Source: a virus
Length of the DNA: 64,000 nucleotides
Virus record (IMG/VR): IMGVR_UViG_3300037882_004081
Location: 38,729-102,728 of that record
Direction: 5' to 3' (one strand)
Under the pieces are notes generated by a model. That model made no database searches and was not told the origin of the DNA. It was given only the letters and a program-made list of their open reading frames with translations. A program made the translations under genes and the position numbers. Below are positions 28,005 through 36,934 of this stretch, piece by piece. Each line of letters opens with the position of its first letter. The stretch's first letter is position 1.

Positions 28005-29040
28005 GATTCAGTAAACAAGAAAGGTTGAAAGTTGTTTCGTCAACCAGTCCTTTAACCTCGTTTCTCCCCATCGATAAAGCTAGGATCAACACGTTGGCGA
28101 TCTTAGATGCGGAGGTGGTTTTGGTGGCCAACAAGAATAAGGCGGAGGTGGCATTTGCGGTACCGGGGACAATGTCAGCTTGCTTGAACCACCCCACCAT
28201 GATACCGCGTGCCGCCGTGATTGCCATGCTGAGCAACTGCTCTTCGGTGGTCAGGGACTTTTGGATCGGGTTATCGGGGTGACTGATGACTTGCAAAAGG
28301 GCTTCCGTCTTGTCACGGGGCAACCGGGCAGTCCTAGTGGGCATCACGATGTCCGGATCAGCCGTCAAAACGCTCCCGTACCCACTGGGAAGCAAGGAAA
28401 GGCTTCTTGGAAAGACGGCGGCAAAAGCGGCGAGTTTCGGTGAACTCTGCAGGTTGTTTTGAGACGCCTTGAACCCATTCCAGTCGTTCATGCGACGCTT
28501 TGGCGCGATCCCGATGAACGATTGTGGTCCGGGAGGCTTGATTTCCGAGAGCGCCGATAGTAGCATGTCAACGATCTGGTAACCCATGTCGGTGGCACCG
28601 ACGAGCAAACCCCGTGGAATGCGGAATACCGAAAACCCAATGCTCGACAGCCAGAAGTCCCGCTTCTGGTCCCATTCCAGCTGTGTGGGGTCTTCGTAGT
28701 GGTGCGAACCGTCGATTTCCACGACTACCGCGTACTTTGGCACCACGAAATCCGCGATGAACCCACCGATTGGCACCTGACGCATCGCCCGTACGCCGAA
28801 CGTCTTGAACCAGCTTTCGACCCGGTCTTCGAACTTGGCGGTGAATTCGCGGTGTTCCTTGGCGGTCTTTTTGACCCATTCCGGCTCAGCGAGGCTTGAG
28901 CAGCTGGCGAAACGCCGCTCCCATGTCGTGATGTCTTCGGGCATCTTGGAAGCCGCGAGGAACGAAAGCGAACTACCTTCGAAGGCCCTGATGTAGTTAC
29001 GGACCTTGATAGGGAATAGGGAGATGGGACTTACGCTCAT
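27898..29040 (-). CDS. DUF559/Vsr-like PD-(D/E)xK endonuclease domain protein
   Basis: RQVPIGGFIADF...VVEIDGSHH...DQKRD..L...G..V.RI. Confidence 0.85.
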   Translation of the reverse strand: MSVSPISLFPIKVRNYIRAFEGSSLSFLAASKMPEDITTWERRFASCSSLAEPEWVKKTAKEHREFTAKFEDRVESWFKTFGVRAMRQVPIGGFIADFVVPKYAVVVEIDGSHHYEDPTQLEWDQKRDFWLSSIGFSVFRIPRGLLVGATDMGYQIVDMLLSALSEIKPPGPQSFIGIAPKRRMNDWNGFKASQNNLQSSPKLAAFAAVFPRSLSLLPSGYGSVLTADPDIVMPTRTARLPRDKTEALLQVISHPDNPIQKSLTTEEQLLSMAITAARGIMVGWFKQADIVPGTANATSALFLLATKTTSASKIANVLILALSMGRNEVKGLVDETTFNLSCLLNHGNTKSAGTNRGGSSDGSGDPDGGLVCRDHEGRVG

Positions 29041-29200
29041 ACCGGTCAAGAAAGATCTTACTTGACAGGATTTTTCCGTTCCATCTCATCCGCACACTCC
29101 TTTACATCCCTCAGGATCAGGCTAGTGGGTAAAGGGGTTATGGAAAACGCGTTGCAGAACCCACGCCAGAACCACCTCCACCGCCATTTGAATGGCACCT

Positions 29201-29506
29201 TCACTTCAGCTTGATGACGTGAAACTCGTTCGTTTTGGCGCTCTCCACGACCATGAAGGACTCACCAGACTTGGTGTCCGTGAACGTGTGGATGTCATAG
29301 CCGTTGGCCGGGTTCCGGTACTCGGGTTCCCAGATGTATCGCAGCTCAACATTTCCGTGACGAATCTCCACCTTCTTCGGTTCGGGAGCCTGAGCCATCG
29401 ACACACAAGTCGCTGATCCAAACATCCCCACGACCACCATCACGAGAAGCGAAAACAGGAAGAGTGGCGTGGAGAACGGGCGGAGGTGTCTGTTAAGTGC
29501 TTTCAT
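29201..29506 (-). CDS. Small membrane-anchored protein
   Basis: N-terminal hydrophobic helix. Confidence 0.55.
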   Translation of the reverse strand: MKALNRHLRPFSTPLFLFSLLVMVVVGMFGSATCVSMAQAPEPKKVEIRHGNVELRYIWEPEYRNPANGYDIHTFTDTKSGESFMVVESAKTNEFHVIKLK

Positions 29507-29826
29507 ACCAAAATAGAACGATCGTAGCGGGCTCGGTTCCGCGTCACTGTGACCTTTTCGGTGCCCGTTTCACCGGCAATCTCTTCATCCGACTTGGACC
29601 AATCAACGCCCCCGAAGATACGATCTCGTTCAGCGACTGGCATCCGTCCGCGACACCCAGGAGTCCACCGGGAAGTCCGGCCATTCCGGATCATCGCGCT
29701 ATTCAGGTGCTTCTCGCTGCAATCCGGGCATAGCTTCCTGCGCCTGTCCGGGTTGTCCCGGCAGCAGCTTTTGCACTTACCCTGTGCAACCAACTGACGC
29801 TGCCTGAGTGCCTGTCGTGATACCAT
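29503..29826 (-). CDS. Zn-finger (CxxC-CxxC) plus HTH-like protein
   Basis: CKSC...CPDC; DWSKSDEEIAGETG.....V...R. Confidence 0.55.
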   Translation of the reverse strand: MVSRQALRQRQLVAQGKCKSCCRDNPDRRRKLCPDCSEKHLNSAMIRNGRTSRWTPGCRGRMPVAERDRIFGGVDWSKSDEEIAGETGTEKVTVTRNRARYDRSILV

Positions 29827-29832
29827 CTTGTG

Positions 29833-29952
29833 TCAAGGAAGTGGTGCCGATTTTGGCACGATGATGAGAGCAAAGGAGGCAAGCGCCAACACAAACAGAA
29901 TTACCGCAACTTCCACGCGACTGAACACATCGTTTGGTCGAGGCGTATTCAT
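29833..29952 (-). CDS. 39-aa single-TM microprotein (not in ORF track)
   Basis: MNTPRPNDVFSRVEVAVILFVLALASFALIIVPKSAPLP; ATGA-coupled. Confidence 0.55.
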   Translation of the reverse strand: MNTPRPNDVFSRVEVAVILFVLALASFALIIVPKSAPLP

Positions 29953-30125
29953 CGTTTGGCCCATGCGATCAGTGCGCTGGCAATGCCAACCGCGAGGATG
30001 ATGATAGCGCAGCCAATATGCTGACCAAGCTCGGTATCACCGAACGCAGTCTTATATTCGACGGGCGATTCCGGTGGTTCCGGTTCTTTCCGGTCGTCAG
30101 GTGGTTTGTCTTGTAGCACGAACAT
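29949..30125 (-). CDS. 58-aa C-terminal-TM microprotein (not in ORF track)
   Basis: MFVLQDKPP...HIGCAIIILAVGIASALIAWAKR. Confidence 0.55.
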   Translation of the reverse strand: MFVLQDKPPDDRKEPEPPESPVEYKTAFGDTELGQHIGCAIIILAVGIASALIAWAKR

Positions 30126-30129
30126 GGCG

Positions 30130-30288
30130 TTATAGTTTCCGGTGTGTGATGATGGCTTGGTAAGTGAAAAACAGCAAACCCGCTATATTCCACAGGTCCC
30201 TCAGGAAGCTGGGTGACCCGATCAGTTTTGTTGCGCTATAGACGGCTGCGGTAATGCAGATCGACAGGTAAAAGATCCGGTGGTTCAT
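30130..30288 (-). CDS. 52-aa two-TM microprotein, tandem paralogue B
   Basis: MNHRIFYL...FFTYQAIITHRKL. Confidence 0.7.
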   Translation of the reverse strand: MNHRIFYLSICITAAVYSATKLIGSPSFLRDLWNIAGLLFFTYQAIITHRKL

Positions 30289-30443
30289 AACTTCCGGTAA
30301 GTGGTAATAGCTTGGTAGGTGAAGACCGCGATGAAAAACAGGTTGACCAAGTCCACGCGGACGTTTTGACGCCGCGTCAACCAGATGGTGTTGTAAATGA
30401 TGACGGTCAGATAGACGGCTAGAAGAATGGCGTGGTGGTTCAT
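30285..30443 (-). CDS. 52-aa two-TM microprotein, tandem paralogue A
   Basis: MNHHAILL...VFTYQAITTYRKL; ATGA overlap with paralogue B. Confidence 0.7.
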   Translation of the reverse strand: MNHHAILLAVYLTVIIYNTIWLTRRQNVRVDLVNLFFIAVFTYQAITTYRKL

Positions 30444-30630
30444 GGTGTTTTGTGCCCTAGAGCGTGACCATCGACGTTTGCAGAAGTATCCTCGTCCGGT
30501 TCCGGGTTTTCAAGTTCACTTTCAATGTCATCGATCAGGCACTGCCCGTCACAATCCACCTCCAAGCATCTGACTTTTTGATCAGTTGACAAGCCGCCCT
30601 CAGCAGCGTTTCACGTCGTTCCTTGCCCAT
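30440..30630 (-). pseudogene. Apparently frameshifted small gene
   Basis: MGKERRETLLRAACQLIKKS continues in another frame as DCDGQCLIDDIESEL..., ending in an ATGA overlap at 30440-30443. Confidence 0.4.
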
Positions 30631-30633
30631 AAG

Positions 30634-31017
30634 TCAATCTGGTAGTTCGTATTCAGTCAGGCTCCCGCAGTCCTGATGGGGCAAGACTGAGTCAGTCGTC
30701 TGGGGAAGCTCACATGGGGCGACTCGACCAAGGTTCCAGATGAGGAACTTGGCGGCTTTCCCTAGTGCCTCCTGCGCTTCATCCTCCGTGTTGCCCTGTC
30801 CTTCCAGGGCGAAATGGCCGTAGTTGCGATCGCCAAATTTAGTGAACTGCCATTTGGCGACAAATTGCCCGTCGGACCGCTGCCGAGTAGTGATGCCGTC
30901 CGCTGAGACTTTTTCCGACTCACCGGACTCGATGAACATCCGGCCAAGGATAGTTCCGGCAGTCGGAGGGCTGGGTCGGTCTGGATGGCTCTGGCTCACA
31001 GCTTCCATAGAACGCAT
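30634..31017 (-). CDS. Hypothetical protein
   Basis: ATG near 31017; GQGNTEDEAQEAL resembles a HicB-like motif. Confidence 0.5.
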   Translation of the reverse strand: MRSMEAVSQSHPDRPSPPTAGTILGRMFIESGESEKVSADGITTRQRSDGQFVAKWQFTKFGDRNYGHFALEGQGNTEDEAQEALGKAAKFLIWNLGRVAPCELPQTTDSVLPHQDCGSLTEYELPD

Positions 31018-31270
31018 CGCAGTGTTAGTAGTCTTACTTGACAGGCTTCGACAGACCAGCAAATTGGGGAGGGAAAGGGAAGGGAAAAGGGTGTCGTTCA
31101 AACAATGCGAAGTCAAACTAGTTCGCTGCACTATCTGAACAATGCTTGAGTACGCGTACGTGAAGAACCCCATTAAGAACCCCTCCCCCGCACACTCGGG
31201 GGAGGAATGTTTAATGATGAAGCCGTGCTGGGTGTCACGATAAAACAGAGTGGTGCAGTTCTTTTGTGGC

Positions 31271-34200
31271 ATGTCTCATGAACTTGTAGAGGACGAAGAG
31301 GAAGAGGACCTGATGGGGTTCCGAGAGGAACAGGAACTTGAAGTGGAAGCCGAAAAGGAGGCGGAAGCACTGGCTAAACAAATCTCCACGTTGATCGGCG
31401 GAGCTTCCTCCAGCCACCCGAAGTGCAAAAAGTGTGCACTGAACAGCAACTGCAAGTCTCCTTACCAAGTTCCTTACTGGTGGCTTGATGGCCCGAAGCC
31501 CGCGTGGACCTCCCACATTCCGGACGAAGTTGACCTCAAGGACCGCTCCTGGATCATTGTGGTTGGCGACCCACCGGATGTGAGGTCCGACATCACGAGC
31601 AACATGCTCCAAGCACCCCAGCTGCGCATGCTTGAAAACGTGATCCCAGATGGGGCTCGGGACGCAGAATTGCCACCGACAGTTGGGTCATGGGGAATGG
31701 CGTACTTACCGGCGACTCGTTGCCGCCCGCCCCTTGACATCAAGTTTGTAGAACGGGCTCAGGAGAGGGCTGCTCAGGAGGGGCAAGAGTACACGGCGGA
31801 AGAGTTGCTGATGCACCCTGAGGCCAAGGCGCAAAACCCCGACAAGACCATGATGAATCGGTGCTTTGGGACCTTCCTGAAGCCCATCATGGACATCCTG
31901 CCAAACGTGATCGGGGTGGTGGCGAAGGGAAGCAGTGCCGCTTATTTGGTGGTGAAGCACGCTCACGCCCCGTCCACAGTGGACCGTGCCTACTCGTATT
32001 CGCTGCAAGATGACTCCAAGACGGTTCCCGCTGGTGTCCTACAGGATACAACTTACGTGCTGACCGATACCGCGCTGAGGTGGCCAGAGTTCGTCAAGTC
32101 CACGCGCAAAATCACCGGTCGAATTTTTGTGGATGTTGCCAAACGGCTCACCTCCGAGCTTCCACCCGGATTTGAGTATGTGCTCGGTACAACCGCTAAA
32201 CTGGTCGAAGAATGGTTCCGGCCAGTCCTAGCGAACCCGACCCACCTGCTGTCGTGGGACGTGGAAACCTCCGGCGTCCAGCCATATGCACTCGGTTTTA
32301 AAGTTGGTGTGTTTGCATTCCACCATGAGGCCAACGATAAACCACTGATTGTCTGCACCACCGACTATGACTTCATGCCGCAGCTTCTCGATTCTTCCGG
32401 GATGTTTGGTGCGGCAACCAGAGCGCTGGCGGAGTGGCAAAAGACTGAGGAACCAAAGATCCTGCGGATGCTCAAGCTGATTCTGGAGGCTCCCACGGTG
32501 CTCAAGCTTGGTCACAACCTTCAGTTTGACGAGGTTTCGGTGAGGGCTCGCTTTGGCTGGGAGGTGAAGGGGTTTGCCTACGACACCATGATGCAGGAGT
32601 ATCTGATTGACCCGGACATCCGTGGTCTTCGGGGCTTGGACGACCTTTGCCGTAAGTACCTACCCGACATACCCCAATACTGGGAGAAGCTGCAGAAATA
32701 CCACGAAGCACGCGGCAAGAAGTCATCTTACCTGTCGATCCCGCCCGAAATCCTGTTGCCGTACGCGGCTTATGACGCCTATGTGACGTTCCTGCTTCAC
32801 GAGAAGACCCAGGAGGCACTCGCCAATCACCCGGCGTCTCGGAAGGGCGGGTGTTTCGTAAGACCGGGGGACGACGGCACATTGGCCGCGTGGACCTACA
32901 ACCCCAAGCAATACTGTAAGTACGTGCGGAAGGTCCACCACCGAGTCTGTTGTGAAGTCCAGGGGTATGGACAGTACGTCAACCTGGAACTCGCGGCCCG
33001 CGTTTACAAAGTCTATCACGCGGACTTGGTGAAGAAACAGGCCGATCTGGCGGATGACGAAGACGTGCGGGCATTCGAACTTGGAACGCTCCCAGCAATG
33101 TTGAAGCTCAACCACCCTCAGGTGAGGGCGTTCCGCAAAGACCCCGACGGGTGCCCACTCCGCATCAACTGGGCGTCCATTTTGCAGGTCCGCGCCTTGT
33201 TCATCGGGTTCCTGGGGCTTCCCGTCATTAAAAAGACCGAGAAGGGCGCACCGTGCTTGGATGAAGGTGTCATCAAGGAATACGCGCTCTCCAATCCGGT
33301 CGCCAAAAAGCTCTTGTTGTGGCGGTCTACCGCCAAGTTCATCACGAGCTTCCTCAACCCGCTCCTGACCAACGATCCTGCCAAGTCAGTGCTGCAGCGC
33401 GACAAAATGGTGCACAGCCAGTTCGCGGCTTCCAAGATTGCCACGGGTCGTCTCTCGTCCAGCCGACCCAACATGCAGGCGATCCCGCGAGACGGGGAGG
33501 TGAAGCGAATCTACACAAGCCGCCACGAGAAGGGGTGGATTCTGACGCGGGACTACTCGGGTATTGAGGTTCGCGTGCTTGCGATGGTTTCCCGAGACCC
33601 TATCCTGCGTGCCGTTTACTTGCCGGGTGGCACTGGGGACGCCCACTTCGCGACCCAACAGAAGTTCTTCGGTGAGCGGGCTGACAAGAAGAATAAGACC
33701 CAACGGTCGATCTGCAAGCAAGCCCTATTCGGACAGATTTACGGGCAAGGAGACAAGGGCTTGTTTGAGCTTCTCACACTCAATGGTGTCATGGACCCGG
33801 ACACCGGAGCTCCAATCACCTATCAGCAGTGTCAGGACTTCAACCGAATGCTCGCCGAACTCTACACGGGCGTCCAAGATTGGGTCAAAGCATCTCACAA
33901 CTACTCGATCCAAAACCACTATGTCACGTCGGCATTCGGGTTCGTGCGGAATTTGCCGGTACTCAAATCGTGGGAGCAGTACATCGCGGCCACCCAAACT
34001 CCGAATCGTGGTCGGACCTATCGCCAGAAGCGCCTCATGATGGAAACCAAGGAAGCCCTGCGGGTCTCCCAAAACGCTTCCATTCAAAGCACCGCGTCTG
34101 ACTTCACGGTGCTGGCAGCGGATAAGATCATTGATGAGTTCAAGTCATCCAGGATCAGCGCCCGTCTTTACAATATCGTGCACGACGACATCTGGAGCGA

Positions 34201-34555
34201 TATCGAACACGCCAAAGATGTGCCAATGGCGGTGCAGATCATGGGTGACTCAATGGACCGGATCGCAGAGTGGCTGCCGAAGCGCCTCCCAGGATTCGAC
34301 ACCTCTTGGATGGACATTCCGGTGATCGGGGAAGCCGAAATCGGCTTGTCACCCAAGGACTGTTTTGCGATTGTTGAAGAACCATCCGCATTCGACCCAA
34401 GCAAGCGCCTGAAAATCAAGGTTGGGGTGGACATCGCGAAGGACGCACTCGGGAGCGCGTGGAACGAAGGACAGGAAACGGTCGAGTGGTCCGAGGGCGT
34501 CGCCGAGGTGCTTCGATTCCACCTTCAGACCAAGCAGTTGAGTCTTAAAGCTTGA
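31271..34555 (+). CDS. polA: Family A DNA polymerase with N-terminal family-4 UDG-like Fe-S domain and 3'-5' exonuclease
   Basis: CKKC/CRPP/C; ExoI WDVETSG, ExoII HNLQFD, ExoIII YAAYD; TGRLSS..PNMQ; motif A DYSGIEVR, B R...K...FG..YG, C VHDD. Confidence 0.95.
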   Translation: MSHELVEDEEEEDLMGFREEQELEVEAEKEAEALAKQISTLIGGASSSHPKCKKCALNSNCKSPYQVPYWWLDGPKPAWTSHIPDEVDLKDRSWIIVVGDPPDVRSDITSNMLQAPQLRMLENVIPDGARDAELPPTVGSWGMAYLPATRCRPPLDIKFVERAQERAAQEGQEYTAEELLMHPEAKAQNPDKTMMNRCFGTFLKPIMDILPNVIGVVAKGSSAAYLVVKHAHAPSTVDRAYSYSLQDDSKTVPAGVLQDTTYVLTDTALRWPEFVKSTRKITGRIFVDVAKRLTSELPPGFEYVLGTTAKLVEEWFRPVLANPTHLLSWDVETSGVQPYALGFKVGVFAFHHEANDKPLIVCTTDYDFMPQLLDSSGMFGAATRALAEWQKTEEPKILRMLKLILEAPTVLKLGHNLQFDEVSVRARFGWEVKGFAYDTMMQEYLIDPDIRGLRGLDDLCRKYLPDIPQYWEKLQKYHEARGKKSSYLSIPPEILLPYAAYDAYVTFLLHEKTQEALANHPASRKGGCFVRPGDDGTLAAWTYNPKQYCKYVRKVHHRVCCEVQGYGQYVNLELAARVYKVYHADLVKKQADLADDEDVRAFELGTLPAMLKLNHPQVRAFRKDPDGCPLRINWASILQVRALFIGFLGLPVIKKTEKGAPCLDEGVIKEYALSNPVAKKLLLWRSTAKFITSFLNPLLTNDPAKSVLQRDKMVHSQFAASKIATGRLSSSRPNMQAIPRDGEVKRIYTSRHEKGWILTRDYSGIEVRVLAMVSRDPILRAVYLPGGTGDAHFATQQKFFGERADKKNKTQRSICKQALFGQIYGQGDKGLFELLTLNGVMDPDTGAPITYQQCQDFNRMLAELYTGVQDWVKASHNYSIQNHYVTSAFGFVRNLPVLKSWEQYIAATQTPNRGRTYRQKRLMMETKEALRVSQNASIQSTASDFTVLAADKIIDEFKSSRISARLYNIVHDDIWSDIEHAKDVPMAVQIMGDSMDRIAEWLPKRLPGFDTSWMDIPVIGEAEIGLSPKDCFAIVEEPSAFDPSKRLKIKVGVDIAKDALGSAWNEGQETVEWSEGVAEVLRFHLQTKQLSLKA

Positions 34556-34579
34556 CAAACTAATTTACCGGTGTATTTT
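34552..34579 (+). promoter_or_regulatory. Possible sigma70-type promoter
   Basis: TTGACA-16nt-TATTTT overlapping the polA stop. Confidence 0.45.
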
Positions 34580-34624
34580 CTGTTCACCGTATGATTACGC
34601 CTCCCTGGCTTAACCCTAATACCC

Positions 34625-35242
34625 TTGAACGATACCGACATACGGACTCCGGTGAAATCGGACTCCAAAGCAATGAGGTTCCTGCTGGACGCCAATAGGC
34701 GTAACGCGGAACTTACCGCCGCATCCTTCGAAAGCCCGAGATATCCAAGCGAGCAGCGTATGAAATACCTCCGGGCACGCTGGGACTTGGCATACCTGCC
34801 GAGGTTCGGTCCGTCTGGCGGTGTGTTGCAACGACTCGCGACGATGTCTGGAACGACGCGCAGTTATGTTGATCAGGTGCTGTACCCAGAGCAGGTCGGA
34901 AACATGTGGAATTCGGACGCGGAAAGCGTCAAGATCATTTGGGACTCGCTTTACCAGTTCACACAAAACCACCCATTGCTCTACAACCAGTCCATTCCGG
35001 CTCGTCCGGATTCGTTGTTCAAACTGTTCTTCATCCGTACCCTCTCCGGGCACCCGGTCCGCATTCAGGTCAACAACCTGGAATGGCGGTTCTTGGAAAG
35101 GAGGCTCACTGAGTTCGGCTCCAAATTCCGTGTGGATCGCGAGGTTTCACAAACACCGACCGCTTACTTGGTGACGCCAGCGAACAAGGTGTGTGACGAT
35201 GGTGGTATTCCGCTTCCAGAGCCAGTTTTCTTGACGGCTTGA
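34625..35242 (+). CDS. Hypothetical protein
   Basis: About 200-aa ORF; start uncertain. Confidence 0.55.
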   Translation: MNDTDIRTPVKSDSKAMRFLLDANRRNAELTAASFESPRYPSEQRMKYLRARWDLAYLPRFGPSGGVLQRLATMSGTTRSYVDQVLYPEQVGNMWNSDAESVKIIWDSLYQFTQNHPLLYNQSIPARPDSLFKLFFIRTLSGHPVRIQVNNLEWRFLERRLTEFGSKFRVDREVSQTPTAYLVTPANKVCDDGGIPLPEPVFLTA

Positions 35243-35408
35243 TGAGCCCAACCGTATCATTTACACTCGGGTCAGTCATGATCTTCTTAAGTGTGTGGCC
35301 AATGCAGTTGGCGGTTCAACATTTTTTAGCCAAACGATACACTCGTGGAATCATAAACCTCTGCATTGCCGGTCTCCAAATAACGTCGGCACTCGTCACG
35401 TTTTTCTT

Positions 35409-35570
35409 ATGAGCAAGCGAGAGGAATGGGTCGTCATTATCGTGTCCATCTCCATCGCACTCGGTGCAACGGTGTTCGGTGTGTACACCAAGGTCAAAGA
35501 GATGCAGGACCGTAAGGCCGTTATCAGATTTATGGAGCTTAAGACCCTTAATTATCCAGACAAATGGTAG
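35409..35570 (+). CDS. Small single-TM protein
   Basis: MSKREEWVVIIVSISIALGATVFGVY. Confidence 0.5.
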   Translation: MSKREEWVVIIVSISIALGATVFGVYTKVKEMQDRKAVIRFMELKTLNYPDKW

Positions 35571-35836
35571 GGGTTTGCCGAGAAGCTGAGGACATTGACT
35601 CATTGGGAAGGCTCGCGATCACGAGCCCCGTTCAGTCCGTGTACATCAACTCCCGTCGGGCGGTGGTTCCGGAAACCACACTGGCGACGCTTCTCTTGCC
35701 GGGTATGGTCACACAGGGGCATCCAAAAATCCTGGTGCACGGGAGACCGCTTACCGGTGTCGGGTACGCGACCACAGGCGGGGTGATGGCGACGGGGAGC
35801 CCAAACGTCATTATGCCATCGGCTCCTGTTGTGTAA
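35564..35836 (+). CDS. PAAR-like spike tip protein (T4 gp5.4-like)
   Basis: SVYINSR.AV, ILVHGRP...VG, ATGSPNV repeats. Confidence 0.65.
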   Translation: MVGVCREAEDIDSLGRLAITSPVQSVYINSRRAVVPETTLATLLLPGMVTQGHPKILVHGRPLTGVGYATTGGVMATGSPNVIMPSAPVV

Positions 35837-35863
35837 GCTTGGCTGCCATGCGTTCTACGTGAC

Positions 35864-36793
35864 ATGGCCATTAAGTCCAATCAGAAGATCACTGAAGTTC
35901 CGGAGTACGCAGCGAAACTGCCAAGCCGTGGCATCCCATATCTTACGCCGGGTCGGGAGCCGTTCGATACGCTGATCGTTAGACCGTACTCGTGGCAGAG
36001 CGAAAAAATCCTGCTGGGGAACACCCCGGTGTATGAAAAGTTTCAGGGGGTTCTCGACGCAGTGGTCAAGTTCCCTCCCGGCATGAACGCGGAACGCCTG
36101 ATTGATGGTGACTACCAGTACCTTCTGGCAATTGCTCGGGCACTCACTTACGGTGAGCCTTACGTGTTCCACGCCACCTGTCCGAACTGCACTCACAAGG
36201 AGACGGTGACAATTCGGGTGCCAGATGATGTACCGGTCAAACCGCCACCAGAGCACGTCAAGACCCTGGATGATCTCAACGACTGGCTGGAGGTGATTCT
36301 GCCGCACACCAAGGATCGGGTGAAGTGGAAGTATCTTTCGCTGGCCAATGAGCTTTCCGCCATCAAGCAAATGGGGCTGGTAGTGGACGCCTATCGCAAG
36401 AAGAAGGCAGCGGAACGAAAAGCCGCCATCTCACAGGGCATCACGTTGCCTCCCGATGACGGCGCTGAGGTGGTGGGAGCGAGCGAAGAGATCCAGTGGG
36501 CGAGCCGCATCGTTTCGATCAACGGCACCATACCGGAGAGTCTGGAGGAAGCTCGGACTTGGGTGTCCGGCCTTTACGGCAAGGACATGGTGACGTTTAT
36601 GGAGGCGGTTCAGGAGAAGAGCATTGGGGTGCGTTTCGAGTACGGGCTGAAATGCGACGCCTGCGAGTTCGAATACCGGGTCTCGTACCCGTTGGACCGT
36701 GAGTTTTTTCGTGGAGGCCCTTCCGGGGGCCGAGACCATGCCGAACAAACAGTTGGTGGAGAGACACAGGAACACGGAGAAGGCGATAGTTAA
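35864..36793 (+). CDS. Baseplate hub assembly / tail chaperone (T4 gp26-like)
   Basis: LPSRG..Y, RPY....EKIL, GD..YLL...R..TYG..Y....CPNC, second CDAC, EFF. Confidence 0.8.
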   Translation: MAIKSNQKITEVPEYAAKLPSRGIPYLTPGREPFDTLIVRPYSWQSEKILLGNTPVYEKFQGVLDAVVKFPPGMNAERLIDGDYQYLLAIARALTYGEPYVFHATCPNCTHKETVTIRVPDDVPVKPPPEHVKTLDDLNDWLEVILPHTKDRVKWKYLSLANELSAIKQMGLVVDAYRKKKAAERKAAISQGITLPPDDGAEVVGASEEIQWASRIVSINGTIPESLEEARTWVSGLYGKDMVTFMEAVQEKSIGVRFEYGLKCDACEFEYRVSYPLDREFFRGGPSGGRDHAEQTVGGETQEHGEGDS

Positions 36794-36917
36794 CCTTTGC
36801 CGGTGGATGAACGGAGGGGACTTTTCGGCCTTCACCACCATTCCGATTCCACAGCTTTATCGAATGCTTGAACACGCGGAGGACGTATCGCAGAAACAGC
36901 AACAGAACCGTCGCTAG
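36738..36917 (+). CDS. Small tail-assembly chaperone partner (gp51/gpT-like)
   Basis: Overlaps the gp26-like C-terminus; L...M.G..F.....IP.......L pattern. Confidence 0.55.
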   Translation: MPNKQLVERHRNTEKAIVNLCRWMNGGDFSAFTTIPIPQLYRMLEHAEDVSQKQQQNRR

Positions 36918-36934
36918 ACCCCGTCGTAAATGGG

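Noticed and set aside
29050-29200. Possible tRNA or ncRNA in the gap
   Set aside because: No cloverleaf or T-loop motif; a 46-codon minus-strand ORF could fill it but is unsupported
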